Counted from the stretch's first letter, positions 31,093 to 40,398 are shown. The stretch: 64,000 bases of DNA from Lentisphaerota bacterium (GCA_015061845.1 SUVT01000001.1:10953-74952), one strand, 5' to 3'. Program-made: numbers and translations. Notes: a model not told the origin generated them from the letters alone.

Positions 31093-31665
31093 TTAATCGA
31101 TTTTTCTCATTTTGTAATTACATGGATCAATTTCAACGTTCACAAACTGACCTAACAATTCAATTTTTATCACCCATAGGAATCTTTTTTGTTTTTGCAC
31201 TAAATAGCCATATATCCCTTCAAATTCCCTGGGAGACTCAATTACAAAACGATCATTGACCTGGATCTCTTTTTTATACTCCAGTTTAGAAGATCTTGCA
31301 AGAACTTCCATCATTTGCAAGCCCCTCAACTCTTCAATAAATACCGGCTGATACTCTTCAGACACCTCAAAGATCTTGAGGATTGATTTTGAATTCCAGA
31401 TATTTCTTTTTTGAACAGGATTGAGTTGGGCGAAAAGATAGGATTTCAACATGGGACGCAAGACCTCTTTTCTATAAGAATATGGTCTTCCATTCCTGAC
31501 AATGTTATGAATTTTGAAATCGGGAATCACCGGCAAATAAACAGGAATCTCACGCTCCCTTAAGTAATTATACAACCTGAATTCATGCAAAGCATGGGTA
31601 TAAATAGGAAACCACATATGGTTTTCTCTAGGGGATATCTCTAATGTCTGAGGTTGAAAATCCAT
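31093..31665 (-). CDS. NusG paralogue (RfaH/UpxY/LoaP-like) transcription antiterminator
   Basis: WFPIYT..HE, PVYLP, RPMLKSYLF NGN-like motifs and a KOW-like C-terminus; first gene of the polysaccharide operon. ATG 31665 preferred over TTG 31710. Confidence 0.8.
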   Translation of the reverse strand: MDFQPQTLEISPRENHMWFPIYTHALHEFRLYNYLREREIPVYLPVIPDFKIHNIVRNGRPYSYRKEVLRPMLKSYLFAQLNPVQKRNIWNSKSILKIFEVSEEYQPVFIEELRGLQMMEVLARSSKLEYKKEIQVNDRFVIESPREFEGIYGYLVQKQKRFLWVIKIELLGQFVNVEIDPCNYKMRKID

Positions 31666-31673
31666 ATTTTTTC

Positions 31674-31687
31674 CACGCGCCGCCCCT
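31674..31687 (-). promoter_or_regulatory. ops-like element AGGGGCGGCGCGTG
   Basis: Matches the enterobacterial JUMPstart/ops AGGGGCGGTAGCGTG except TAG->CG; on the non-template strand just 5' of the NusG-paralogue ATG. Confidence 0.5.
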
Positions 31688-31842
31688 CCTCGAGAAAACT
31701 GAAACCTCAAAGAGTGGCCTGGATCTATTAGCCGGTCTATGCAGTGCAGAACGTCGTGTCAAGACAACCGCAACGACCCCATCATTACTTCTTTTTGATA
31801 TTTTCCCGAAGTTTTCAGCAAAGAGAAAATACGTTTAAAACC

Positions 31843-31893
31843 AAAAAAGATACCCCATGAAAACAGCCTATCGAGGTCGCATGAGTTATCTTT
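31843..31893 (-). terminator. Terminator-like hairpin in the 5' leader of the polysaccharide operon
   Basis: Minus strand AAAGATAACTCATG-20nt-CATGGGGTATCTTTTTT (one GU pair, one mismatch, U-tract). Confidence 0.4.
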
Positions 31894-32106
31894 CCGAAAT
31901 ACGAGGCATGAAATCTCTTCTGTGCAAAGAAATTTTTCCTTTGTGCTTGCACTCTCTCCGTTCGCACAAGCCGCACTACGACATAAATAAAAATCCATGG
32001 ATACATTCGGATAAAAACTGCTAAAAATACTAACTGTATTCGGCAGTGAATTCAAAATGCGCCTCATCGTGATCTCCATTCTGTCGTGTTAAATATCTCC
32101 GCGCCT

Positions 32107-32134
32107 AATTTAGCACATTATCTAAAAAAATCAA
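32107..32134 (-). promoter_or_regulatory. Sigma70-like promoter for the polysaccharide operon
   Basis: Minus strand TTGATT-16bp-TAAATT with TGn extended -10. Confidence 0.5.
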
Positions 32135-32261
32135 GTTTTTTTCAAAAAAATATATACTACATCGCACAAGTTTTCATGAAACAGTCACCTAAAATTGTCT
32201 CAAAAATAATTATCAGCAATTGTAAGTATTTTGTAATTTTTCAGAAAATTGAAATTTCTCT

Positions 32262-33278
32262 TTACCTACTCGAAATTTCCGGAATTGATTCCTGCCGGAC
32301 GACTTCCGTTTCAATCAGTTTCTGTATCTTCAATTCGGGATTCCGGATTTTTCTTACCAGTTGTTTATACGCTTCGATCCCCGTAAGAAATGGATGCTGC
32401 TCAACGGTAGCTATTGGATAAAAATCGCTGATCCCACGCAGATTACCGAACCCGCCCAGGGCAATTTTTCCCTGCCAATCTATGGATCGCTGATTCAAAC
32501 ATTTGATCAAACGGAACGTATCATCATCAGAACAGGTTAATGCGGCAGTAAAGTCCGGATATTTTTTCAGGATCCGGGACAGGTTGATATTTGCTTCTCC
32601 GACAGAATCTTCATTCAGGATAAATGACCGTTCTTTCCAATCCCGGATCCCAAACTCTTTCATGGCATCAAACATTCCGTCCAGACGTTTCAGATTGTTC
32701 GCAGAATGATAGATCATCACAATATCCCGGTGTCCTTTTTCAAGAACAGCTTTCATGAGCTGGTATCCTCCGGAATAAGAATCACAAGCAACATATTCGG
32801 GAAAAACAGTACTTCCCGCCATATCTTCCAGATAAAGCACCGGCAGCCCCACATCAGGAAGCACCCCGTAATTGGCAGTAAGAATCCCATCTACGGGGAT
32901 CGACCGCAATTCCTGAAGTACGGCATTCATCTGATCCATACCGGGAGAACAGATAGTGACAATGGAGTGATCCTGAATTGCGGCATGCTGGATTCCATAA
33001 GCAATCCGGGAATAGTAGGGAGAATGGATCGCTCCGAAAAAGACAAAGTGATATTTTGGATATTTTCCTGTCCGGAGTACAGTTGTGCCGCCTCTGCCGA
33101 TTCCCCGTTTCACCAGATTTTCTGCTGCAAGCAGGCTTACCGCTTTATTCGCCGTCTTTTTATTGACATTGAACCGTTCCGCCAGTTCATATTCAGAAGG
33201 GAATCTGGTTCCGACCGGATATTTTCCATCACACAACTCTTTTTTCAATGTTGCAACAATACGATCTATCTTTTCCAT
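32262..33278 (-). CDS. GntR-HTH / LacI-type sugar-binding transcriptional regulator
   Basis: FPSEYELAERFNVNKKTANKA HTH; periplasmic-binding-protein-like C-terminus (ATVEQH). Confidence 0.9.
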   Translation of the reverse strand: MEKIDRIVATLKKELCDGKYPVGTRFPSEYELAERFNVNKKTANKAVSLLAAENLVKRGIGRGGTTVLRTGKYPKYHFVFFGAIHSPYYSRIAYGIQHAAIQDHSIVTICSPGMDQMNAVLQELRSIPVDGILTANYGVLPDVGLPVLYLEDMAGSTVFPEYVACDSYSGGYQLMKAVLEKGHRDIVMIYHSANNLKRLDGMFDAMKEFGIRDWKERSFILNEDSVGEANINLSRILKKYPDFTAALTCSDDDTFRLIKCLNQRSIDWQGKIALGGFGNLRGISDFYPIATVEQHPFLTGIEAYKQLVRKIRNPELKIQKLIETEVVRQESIPEISSR

Positions 33279-33305
33279 TATACGCTCCAGTTCTCATTTC
33301 TCATA

Positions 33306-33334
33306 AATATAGCACACATAATCGGATGGGTCAA
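33306..33334 (-). promoter_or_regulatory. Sigma70 promoter of the regulator gene
   Basis: Minus strand TTGACC-17bp-TATATT with TGn extension. Confidence 0.7.
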
Positions 33335-33424
33335 TAAAGTTTTGAAAAAAAATTAAAAATATATTGACAATATGAAATTTTCGATGTATAATAGCAGCGA
33401 GGGATCTTTTAATTGGATGGGTCA
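33324..33424. repeat. 10-bp direct repeat GGATGGGTCA (33324-33333, 33415-33424), candidate operator pair
   Basis: Exact repeat; one copy overlaps the -35 of the leftward promoter, the other lies just downstream of the rightward promoter. Confidence 0.6.
33364..33392 (+). promoter_or_regulatory. Consensus sigma70 promoter
   Basis: TTGACA (33364-69)-17bp-TATAAT (33387-92). Confidence 0.85.
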
Positions 33425-33518
33425 TTTCAAGTTAAAAAAACGAGACCGGATAAATGAGACAATATGAGAAGTTCTCTTGGTTTATCATATTTTCTCTTTT
33501 TATTCTCAAAATAAATAC

Positions 33519-33547
33519 TTGATTTTGCATCCGGAAGCTAATATATT
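33519..33547 (+). promoter_or_regulatory. Possible second sigma70 promoter
   Basis: TTGATT-17bp-TATATT upstream of the prepilin remnant. Confidence 0.4.
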
Positions 33548-33606
33548 TAGAAAGTATTTGATTTTTGGACAATAAGATGATGAAGCAGAGAAAGGATGGA
33601 ACGACG

Positions 33607-33906
33607 ATGAAAAAAACGCTGGAACATGTGACAAAAGACCAGACCCGCCTGAGTGTAAGAATGTTTACCCTGATTGAACTTCTTGTAAATGCTGCTTGTA
33701 AAGTTAGGGTTTCGCCGTTGTTTCAACTCAAAAAATTTGATAAAAACTGCACATCCTTACGCCCGACAGGGCGCACTTCACGTTTGACGCAGTCAAACTC
33801 TTCACACCTTCACATCTTCACTCAATCAGCGTTCACGCTGATTGAACTTCTGGTTGTGATTGCGATCATCGTAATCTCTACCAATAATTGTATCATCGCA
33901 AATTAA
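33607..33906 (+). pseudogene. Truncated prepilin-type gene with two FTLIELLV motifs separated by an in-frame insertion
   Basis: MFTLIELLV...[14 protein letters not shown] then diverges ([11 protein letters not shown]); no globular domain. Confidence 0.7.
33670..33851. mobile_element. Candidate REP/MITE-like in-frame insertion bounded by a 14-bp direct repeat CTGATTGAACTTCT
   Basis: Repeats at 33670-33683 and 33838-33851 (168 bp apart); hairpins CGCCC-GACA-GGGCG (33760-73) and GTTTGAC-GCA-GTCAAAC (33782-98); four CTTCAC copies. Confidence 0.55.
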
Positions 33907-33937
33907 AGTATTTTCACCAACAACGAGAGGTAAAAAA

Positions 33938-34681
33938 ATGAAAAACTGCCAATCAAAAAGAATAGGTTTTACGCTTATCGAATTATTGGTTGTAATTGCG
34001 ATTATCGCAATTCTTGCCGGGATGCTGCTTCCGGCATTGAACAGTGCAAGGGAGAAAGGACGTTCCAGTAACTGTACCAACAATCATAAACAGATCGGCG
34101 GGATGTATTTCATGTATGCCGGAGATAATGATGATATGCTTCCCGGATATTACTACAGCTATTTCAGCAACGGCAATGCCAACAGCTACTGGCATTACAA
34201 ACTGTCGGAAAAATATGGTGGAAAATTCAATTCCAGACAGTTTGTCTGTCCTACGCTTTACGAAAGGATCTACGGTTCCAAAAAAGGGGCTGCCTGGGTA
34301 CAATGCACCTACGGAGCATCCGTTGCAAATCAGAAATTTGCCTATGGATATCTTTCCCTGCCCGCAAGAAAATTATCAAAATTTGCCTATGCTGCACGGG
34401 GCGGAATGATCATAGAAAATTATGGGCATACCATGTGGGAACCGACTACAAGCGGTTTCGATATTGCGACACTTAACGGAACGGGAACATACCGGACAGC
34501 CTTTGTGCATAATGATCGCGCAAATGTCACTTTCGTTGATGGTCATACAGAAGCCAGACAGAAACGGGAAATTCCTGATGATCAATCTTATCCGGATCTT
34601 GCCAAAACGGTTTGGATCAACACGATCTTTTTCCGTTCAGAGAAGCCGCTTGCCGGCTGGGCAACCATCGAAGGACTGTAA
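33938..34681 (+). CDS. Prepilin-type N-methylation / H-X9-DG (DUF1559-like) pseudopilin
   Basis: G|[46 protein letters not shown] (H-X9-DG). Confidence 0.92.
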   Translation: MKNCQSKRIGFTLIELLVVIAIIAILAGMLLPALNSAREKGRSSNCTNNHKQIGGMYFMYAGDNDDMLPGYYYSYFSNGNANSYWHYKLSEKYGGKFNSRQFVCPTLYERIYGSKKGAAWVQCTYGASVANQKFAYGYLSLPARKLSKFAYAARGGMIIENYGHTMWEPTTSGFDIATLNGTGTYRTAFVHNDRANVTFVDGHTEARQKREIPDDQSYPDLAKTVWINTIFFRSEKPLAGWATIEGL

Positions 34682-34691
34682 GAAAATAATC

Positions 34692-34725
34692 ATTCTCTGC
34701 CGAAAACTGCAGTTTCGCAGAGAAT
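34692..34725 (+). other. Intergenic stem-loop after the pseudopilin gene
   Basis: ATTCTCTGC ... GCAGAGAAT, 9-bp perfect arms around a quasi-palindromic centre; no U-tract. Confidence 0.55.
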
Positions 34726-34787
34726 ATTAGAAATATCCCGGAACGAATTGTTCCATACAACAAAAAACAATCAGAAAGGAAAATGCA

Positions 34788-35819
34788 GTGAAAAAACTTT
34801 TACTCTTTGCAGGTGTTTTTTTGCTCCATGCTGCACTTTCCGCACAAATGAAGGAGCTATCCTTTTATGAAGTGCGTCCCAGAACAGGGGAAATCGTTAT
34901 CGATGGAAAGATCGGCGTGAAAGAGTGGCAAAATGTCCCTGTCCACAGCAACTATTACGAATATTACAAAGACAATCCCAAGCCCGGTGAGCTGAAAACC
35001 ACATTCCGCATGGTCTATGACGACAAAGGGATCTACATGGCAGTCGTCAATTTTGATGATAACATTCCCGGTTTGAAACGGAATATCACAGAATATGACA
35101 ATATGGATATCTGGCTGGATGACTGCGGAGAATTTCATTTTGACCCCTTTGCGAACGGGATCAGTTATACAAAGTTCACCATCAATGCAAACGGTGCGTT
35201 CCATGATATGCGCCGTCAGGATACCGCAGTTTATCTGCATGACTGGAGCGGTTATGGAACTGTAACTGCTGCGACAATCGGAAAAGATGCCTGGTATGTA
35301 GAGGCCTTCTTCCCCTGGGATAATCTCAACGGTGTCGCAAAGAACGGGTCTCTCTGGCAGTTCTGTCATACCCGTTACTCCTGGACAAAGAAATTCCGCG
35401 GGATGGTCTCTTCTCCCGGCGGGAACTACAATGCGACAGACAAGTTCGGATATCTCTATTTCTCCGATGGGAAAACAAAACTTGCGCCGGAAAAAATCGG
35501 TTCTCTTCTTCAAACGAAAGCAGCTGTTCCGTGGTGTATTCCCTATGGAAATACACTGGTCAGTTGTACAGGCAGCGGTCTGAAAATGGATGATCTTTCC
35601 GGGCTTCTGAAAGTTGAACGCGAAAAGTACCGGCTCAGCCTCATGGAGATCTCCGCTCTGAACGACAAATCCGTAGAAAAAGAACTTACCAAAATCAAAA
35701 AATCTGTAAGCGATCTTGAATCTTACGGAGGAATGGCGTTCTACAATGCATGTCTCAAAGCAAATGAAGAACTCTTCAATCTGAAATGGAAGATCCTCTT
35801 CAAGAAAAATTTCCAATAA
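34788..35819 (+). CDS. Secreted CBM9-like/DOMON sugar-binding domain protein
   Basis: Signal peptide; IDGK...EW, YDDKGIY, DDCGEFHFDP, WYVEAFFPW. Confidence 0.75.
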   Translation: MKKLLLFAGVFLLHAALSAQMKELSFYEVRPRTGEIVIDGKIGVKEWQNVPVHSNYYEYYKDNPKPGELKTTFRMVYDDKGIYMAVVNFDDNIPGLKRNITEYDNMDIWLDDCGEFHFDPFANGISYTKFTINANGAFHDMRRQDTAVYLHDWSGYGTVTAATIGKDAWYVEAFFPWDNLNGVAKNGSLWQFCHTRYSWTKKFRGMVSSPGGNYNATDKFGYLYFSDGKTKLAPEKIGSLLQTKAAVPWCIPYGNTLVSCTGSGLKMDDLSGLLKVEREKYRLSLMEISALNDKSVEKELTKIKKSVSDLESYGGMAFYNACLKANEELFNLKWKILFKKNFQ

Positions 35820-35837
35820 CAGTATAAAAGGTGAAGT

Positions 35838-38800
35838 ATGAAAAAACTGTTTTTTACAGCTTGTCTCCTCGCTGCGTCGCTGACTTATGCGAAGCATGAC
35901 GGTTGGTATGTCAATAAATTGACAGAAAATTACAAAACGCCCCATTTGACCTGGGATAAAACCACTCCGCCGCTGAAAGTATTGTTTTTCATTCAGCCCA
36001 CGGGAGCCCGTGATGTTGTTGAACTTGCTCAGAGAATGAATATCAAATACACTCCGTTTATCACAAATACTTATTATTCATACACTTCCAACAGTGTTTA
36101 CCGGGCAGCTCTTTCAGGGACCTCCGAGTTTGAAAAAAATGAAGAGATCCGCCAGAAAGCAGCTCAGGATCTGGATGTGATCTTTATCGGAAACGCCCCT
36201 TTCACCAAGGTACCGTCCGATATTCAATACCAGATCATGCTGAAAGTTCACAGCGGAACCGGTCTGGTCGTTCACGTTACCAAACTGCCGTTCAAGAAAT
36301 TGACAGCCAATCCGATTCCCCTGCCCGATTTTCTGAAAGAAGTCATTCCGCCTCTGGATCAGAAATATCTGAAAGCATACCAGTTCGGCAAGGGAAGAGT
36401 TCTCATGATCAATAATCCGAAATACATGTACACTCCGGCACTTGCCAGTTCCTATTATGCAACAGACAACCGTGCAAAAGCCATTCAGGAAAATGATTTT
36501 GTCTTCCTGACCCGTGCAATGCAATGGGCTGCCGGGAAAGATATCTCCACCGGGATCGTGACCGATAAAGGCACCTGGCTTTCCGCTCCCGACGGTGCAA
36601 ACTACAGGATCCGTGATGAATTCAACAACATCCTTGCAACAGGAACTGTAAAAAACGGAAGGATCGACTTCAGCAATCATACCGACGGAAAATATTTCTG
36701 CGATATCATTGTCAAAGGAAAAGCCTGCAGTGTGTTCCCGTTTGAACGGAAATCTGTTCTCGGGAAAGCAAAATTATCCGTCTCAGCAGAATATCTCCGG
36801 GGAAAAGCTCCGTTCAAAGGAACATTTGCGCTGGAAAAAGCCTCAGAAAAGCCTTTGACTCTTACTCTGACATTGACAGATTCTCCTCATGCACGGATCT
36901 GGGAAAAGAAAACGATCCAGCTCCCTGCCGGAGAAAAAACAGTCTCCTTTGAATTCAAAAACTACCGTATGCCTACAGAAGCAGGTTTTCTCTATGCAAC
37001 AGTTACCGATAAAGACGGAACTGTGATCGCCAGAGCTGATAAGGATATGTATTTCCCCTCTGCGGTTCTTCCTGAATATTTTCAGACGACATTCGGGACT
37101 GCCTCCAGCATCAACATGGCAAATCAGCTTGTAGACAATCTCGGATTCGGATTGGCTCTTGGGTGTCCGGATATCAAAGGAAGCAAACAGTTTGCCCAGA
37201 AAAACCTGCAGATGGTCTGCTATCTCGTCCGCATTGCCATGGGAAAAGGACCTGAAGGAAATGTCAAACTGCAGTTCCTCACTTCCCAGGAAGCAAAAGA
37301 AGCTGCAAAACTCAAAGATCACAGTGTTTATAATCCGGTTCTCAGAGAACTCTGGAAAAAACAGGTCATGAGAAAATTGGATGGGGTAATCAGAGTTTCA
37401 CCTATTCTTTACAGTCTCGGTGACGAAAACGTGTTGAGCGTTTCCGGCGGTTACGGAGCCTCCGACCTCCCGGCTTTCCGTGCATTCCTGAAGAAAAAAT
37501 ACGGTACCATTGCAAAACTCAATGAAAACTGGAACCGTTCTTATCAGAGCTTTGATGAAGTCCCCAACCGGGATCTCACCGTTTCTCTGAAAGAAAAGAA
37601 TTATCCGGAATGGAACGATCACATCGAATATATGGAACGGCAATTTGCTGATCTTCACCATTATACAGCTGATTTGATCAAATCCAAAGATCCCCACGCC
37701 AAAGTCGGACTGGAAGGAACGTTCGGAAATCATAACATTGAAATGATGATGGAAAAACTGGATTGGTGGGGACCCTACACCAATGAACTGGAAGACCAGG
37801 TTCTGCGGAGTCTCTTCCCCAACGTTCCCCGGTTCGTCTGGTCCGGTTATCACGGTGAACGCGGAATGAAATCACCGCTGATGAGCCGCTACATCCTGCT
37901 GGGATCTGTCAACGGAAACGGCTGGTATGCAACAGCTACCGACTTCAACCACGACATTCTCTCAGTGGATCAGTCACCCTCTTTCAACAAAACTTTCATG
38001 GCGGAACTTCAGAGACTTCGGATGGGACTCGGACGCACCCTTGTTGCCAATCCTATGTTCGATTCCAAGATCGGGATCTACTGGAATCACATCTCCCGCA
38101 GATCTCCGAAAGTTGATGAACGCTGCATCTCTCCGGAAACCGGGATCACTCCGCTGATCCGGTTCAGCAATAAAACCGGTGCTGGCTTTGAATTCGTCAC
38201 CGCCAAAAACGGGAAAGAACGTCTGCCGAAAATCAAAGTCCTCTTCCTTTTCGGAATCCATGCAATGAGCGATAAAGAAGCGGAAATGATACTGGATTTT
38301 GTGAAAAAAGGCGGAACCGTGATTGCAGACTTCGCACCTGCCAGACTGAATGAAAATCTTGCAGTCAGAGACCATAATCCGCTGGCAGAGTTGTTCGGAA
38401 ACCAGACTTTGCAGGAAAAGAACAAGTACGTTGTCAAGGCGATTTCCATTCCCGGATTCAAGGCTTCCAAGGCTCTCGTAGATCCTTCCCGGCCTCTCAT
38501 GCAGGTCAGAACCTACGGAAAAGGAAAAGCGATCCTGACAAATTTCAACTTCGGGATCGTGGAAACTTCTGCGGATAAATCTACCCCGTTCACCGGATTT
38601 GTGAAAGATCTGCTGGTCAAACACGGCGCTGTCATCCCCTTCAGCCAGACAAACCAGAACAGCCTCTTCCGGGTCAGAACCGGAAAAGATTTCACCTTGT
38701 TCGGTGTTTATGAAAACAGGGATAACAGCAACACAACGATCAAACTGCCTGAATCAAAATATATCTATGAATCAGGCGTTGGCTTCGTCGGAAAACAGTC

Positions 38801-39140
38801 TGAAATCACAGCGGAATTTTCTCAGGCTGTTCCGTTAAGGGTCTATGCAGCATTTGAGAAAGAACAGGAAGCTCCGATCCTGAAAGCACCCCGTACCGTC
38901 AAAGCCGGGGAAAATGTTCTTCTCTCTTACAAAAACCTTCCTGCCGGACGCACGATCGTGATCCGCGTAACCGCACCCGATGGCAAGGAAATGATGGGAA
39001 GAACCGTGATCACAAGTACAGATCAAAGCAAAGAATACAGCTTCGGGATTCCCTATAATGCTGCAAAAGGCACTTACAAATTCACCGTCATGGATCATAT
39101 CACAGGTCTTGCATCTGTAAAGAGTGTAACCATTAAATAA
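35838..39140 (+). CDS. Secreted GH42-like (beta-galactosidase-type) glycoside hydrolase with trimerisation domain
   Basis: Signal peptide; LGDE, FRAFLKKKYGTIAKLNENW, FVKKGGTVIAD. Confidence 0.72.
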   Translation: MKKLFFTACLLAASLTYAKHDGWYVNKLTENYKTPHLTWDKTTPPLKVLFFIQPTGARDVVELAQRMNIKYTPFITNTYYSYTSNSVYRAALSGTSEFEKNEEIRQKAAQDLDVIFIGNAPFTKVPSDIQYQIMLKVHSGTGLVVHVTKLPFKKLTANPIPLPDFLKEVIPPLDQKYLKAYQFGKGRVLMINNPKYMYTPALASSYYATDNRAKAIQENDFVFLTRAMQWAAGKDISTGIVTDKGTWLSAPDGANYRIRDEFNNILATGTVKNGRIDFSNHTDGKYFCDIIVKGKACSVFPFERKSVLGKAKLSVSAEYLRGKAPFKGTFALEKASEKPLTLTLTLTDSPHARIWEKKTIQLPAGEKTVSFEFKNYRMPTEAGFLYATVTDKDGTVIARADKDMYFPSAVLPEYFQTTFGTASSINMANQLVDNLGFGLALGCPDIKGSKQFAQKNLQMVCYLVRIAMGKGPEGNVKLQFLTSQEAKEAAKLKDHSVYNPVLRELWKKQVMRKLDGVIRVSPILYSLGDENVLSVSGGYGASDLPAFRAFLKKKYGTIAKLNENWNRSYQSFDEVPNRDLTVSLKEKNYPEWNDHIEYMERQFADLHHYTADLIKSKDPHAKVGLEGTFGNHNIEMMMEKLDWWGPYTNELEDQVLRSLFPNVPRFVWSGYHGERGMKSPLMSRYILLGSVNGNGWYATATDFNHDILSVDQSPSFNKTFMAELQRLRMGLGRTLVANPMFDSKIGIYWNHISRRSPKVDERCISPETGITPLIRFSNKTGAGFEFVTAKNGKERLPKIKVLFLFGIHAMSDKEAEMILDFVKKGGTVIADFAPARLNENLAVRDHNPLAELFGNQTLQEKNKYVVKAISIPGFKASKALVDPSRPLMQVRTYGKGKAILTNFNFGIVETSADKSTPFTGFVKDLLVKHGAVIPFSQTNQNSLFRVRTGKDFTLFGVYENRDNSNTTIKLPESKYIYESGVGFVGKQSEITAEFSQAVPLRVYAAFEKEQEAPILKAPRTVKAGENVLLSYKNLPAGRTIVIRVTAPDGKEMMGRTVITSTDQSKEYSFGIPYNAAKGTYKFTVMDHITGLASVKSVTIK

Positions 39141-39152
39141 AGGAACAGAAAC

Positions 39153-40235
39153 ATGAAAAAACTTCTCATTTTTGCCGCAGCTGCTGCAATGATCGGGCTT
39201 TCCGCAGGAGAACCCGCAATAAAACTTACGGAAAAACAGATCAACAGAAAAGGGGTCAAGTTGACCAGAAAATCATGGAAAGTGAATTTTCATCATTCCA
39301 CTTTGACCTTCAGCAATACGCTCTCTCCGGAAGGAAAACTCATCACAAGTGCATGGGATGATCTTTTTCTCGGTATCGGTCATGGAAGTATCAACAATGG
39401 CTCCTGGGATGGATGGAACTTCCTCTCTGCCCAGGGGATCAAGTCAAAGCCTTTGCCGGGTGCAGCACCCGCTTCCAAGGTGGATCTCGTTCGTTATAAC
39501 GACAGTTCTTCTGTAAATATCAACTGGCAGAATGGACAGTTCCGGATTCTTCAACAGGCAAATACACCTGCATGGCTTTATGTAAAAGTTACCATTCCCG
39601 AAGGAATCAAAGAGGTGACTCTTCGTGTTCGTCCCGGCGGTTCTCATTACAACATCAAAGGCAGGGAACGCTGGATCCGCTACAATGGAGCAGATTTTGA
39701 AAGTAAAGGCTGGAGTGCCAAAGCCTTTATGCCTGCTGCCGGCGTTGACGGCATGACATTTTTCAGCAGAAATTATAATGAAAAATATGGAAATCTTCTT
39801 GTTTTTGAATCTGCAAAAGTGGAAAAAATCACATATCGCTGTGAAAATCCGATCTACATCTCTTTCTATGCAAAGCCGGGTGTAAAGGAAATGAATTTTG
39901 CGCTCAGTTACTTCAAGAACGAAGATGCTGAAAATGCGATGAAACGCTTCCTTGTGGAACAGCTTCCCACAGCAAAAAAAGCGATGGATTCCATTCAGTG
40001 GGATAAAGCTCCGGATTTTACCGAGTTCTCCCGTAATGCAGCTCAAGTCAAGACTCTCATCAGTGGAATTCAAGGTTCAAAGAAAGCCGCGTTTGAAAAG
40101 GAATTTGCAGAAATCAATGCAGCTTACGAAACGGCAAAAGCCAAAAATGATGTTCCCGGCTATACAAATGCGCTGGAACGTCTGCGTAAACTTCAGAAAA
40201 ATGTCGGATCTGCCGCAATGGATCTCCTGAACTGA
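39153..40235 (+). CDS. Secreted hypothetical protein
   Basis: MKKLLIFAAAAAMIGLSA signal peptide, RBS, same operon. Confidence 0.7.
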   Translation: MKKLLIFAAAAAMIGLSAGEPAIKLTEKQINRKGVKLTRKSWKVNFHHSTLTFSNTLSPEGKLITSAWDDLFLGIGHGSINNGSWDGWNFLSAQGIKSKPLPGAAPASKVDLVRYNDSSSVNINWQNGQFRILQQANTPAWLYVKVTIPEGIKEVTLRVRPGGSHYNIKGRERWIRYNGADFESKGWSAKAFMPAAGVDGMTFFSRNYNEKYGNLLVFESAKVEKITYRCENPIYISFYAKPGVKEMNFALSYFKNEDAENAMKRFLVEQLPTAKKAMDSIQWDKAPDFTEFSRNAAQVKTLISGIQGSKKAAFEKEFAEINAAYETAKAKNDVPGYTNALERLRKLQKNVGSAAMDLLN

Positions 40236-40263
40236 TCCGTTCCAAATATCGGAACTCAGAATG

Positions 40264-40298
40264 AAAAGCCGGATGACAACACGCCATCCGGCTTTTTT
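40264..40298 (+). terminator. Rho-independent terminator
   Basis: AAAAGCCGGATG-9nt-CATCCGGCTTTTTT. Confidence 0.85.
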
Positions 40299-40398
40299 AT
40301 TGACATTACAGGAAAAATTCATTATGTTCCAACAATCGGATATTCAACTTCTTATGCAAAGATATAAAAAAAATAAGAAAAAAAAATATAAAAGGGGA

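Noticed and set aside
31710-32260. Invertible promoter (Bacteroides-type) upstream of the NusG paralogue
   Set aside because: I found no convincing inverted repeats flanking the promoter and no recombinase in the window
34857-35945. 362-aa antisense ORF and many similar short overlapping ORFs
   Set aside because: Opposite well-supported genes; no RBS or motif support
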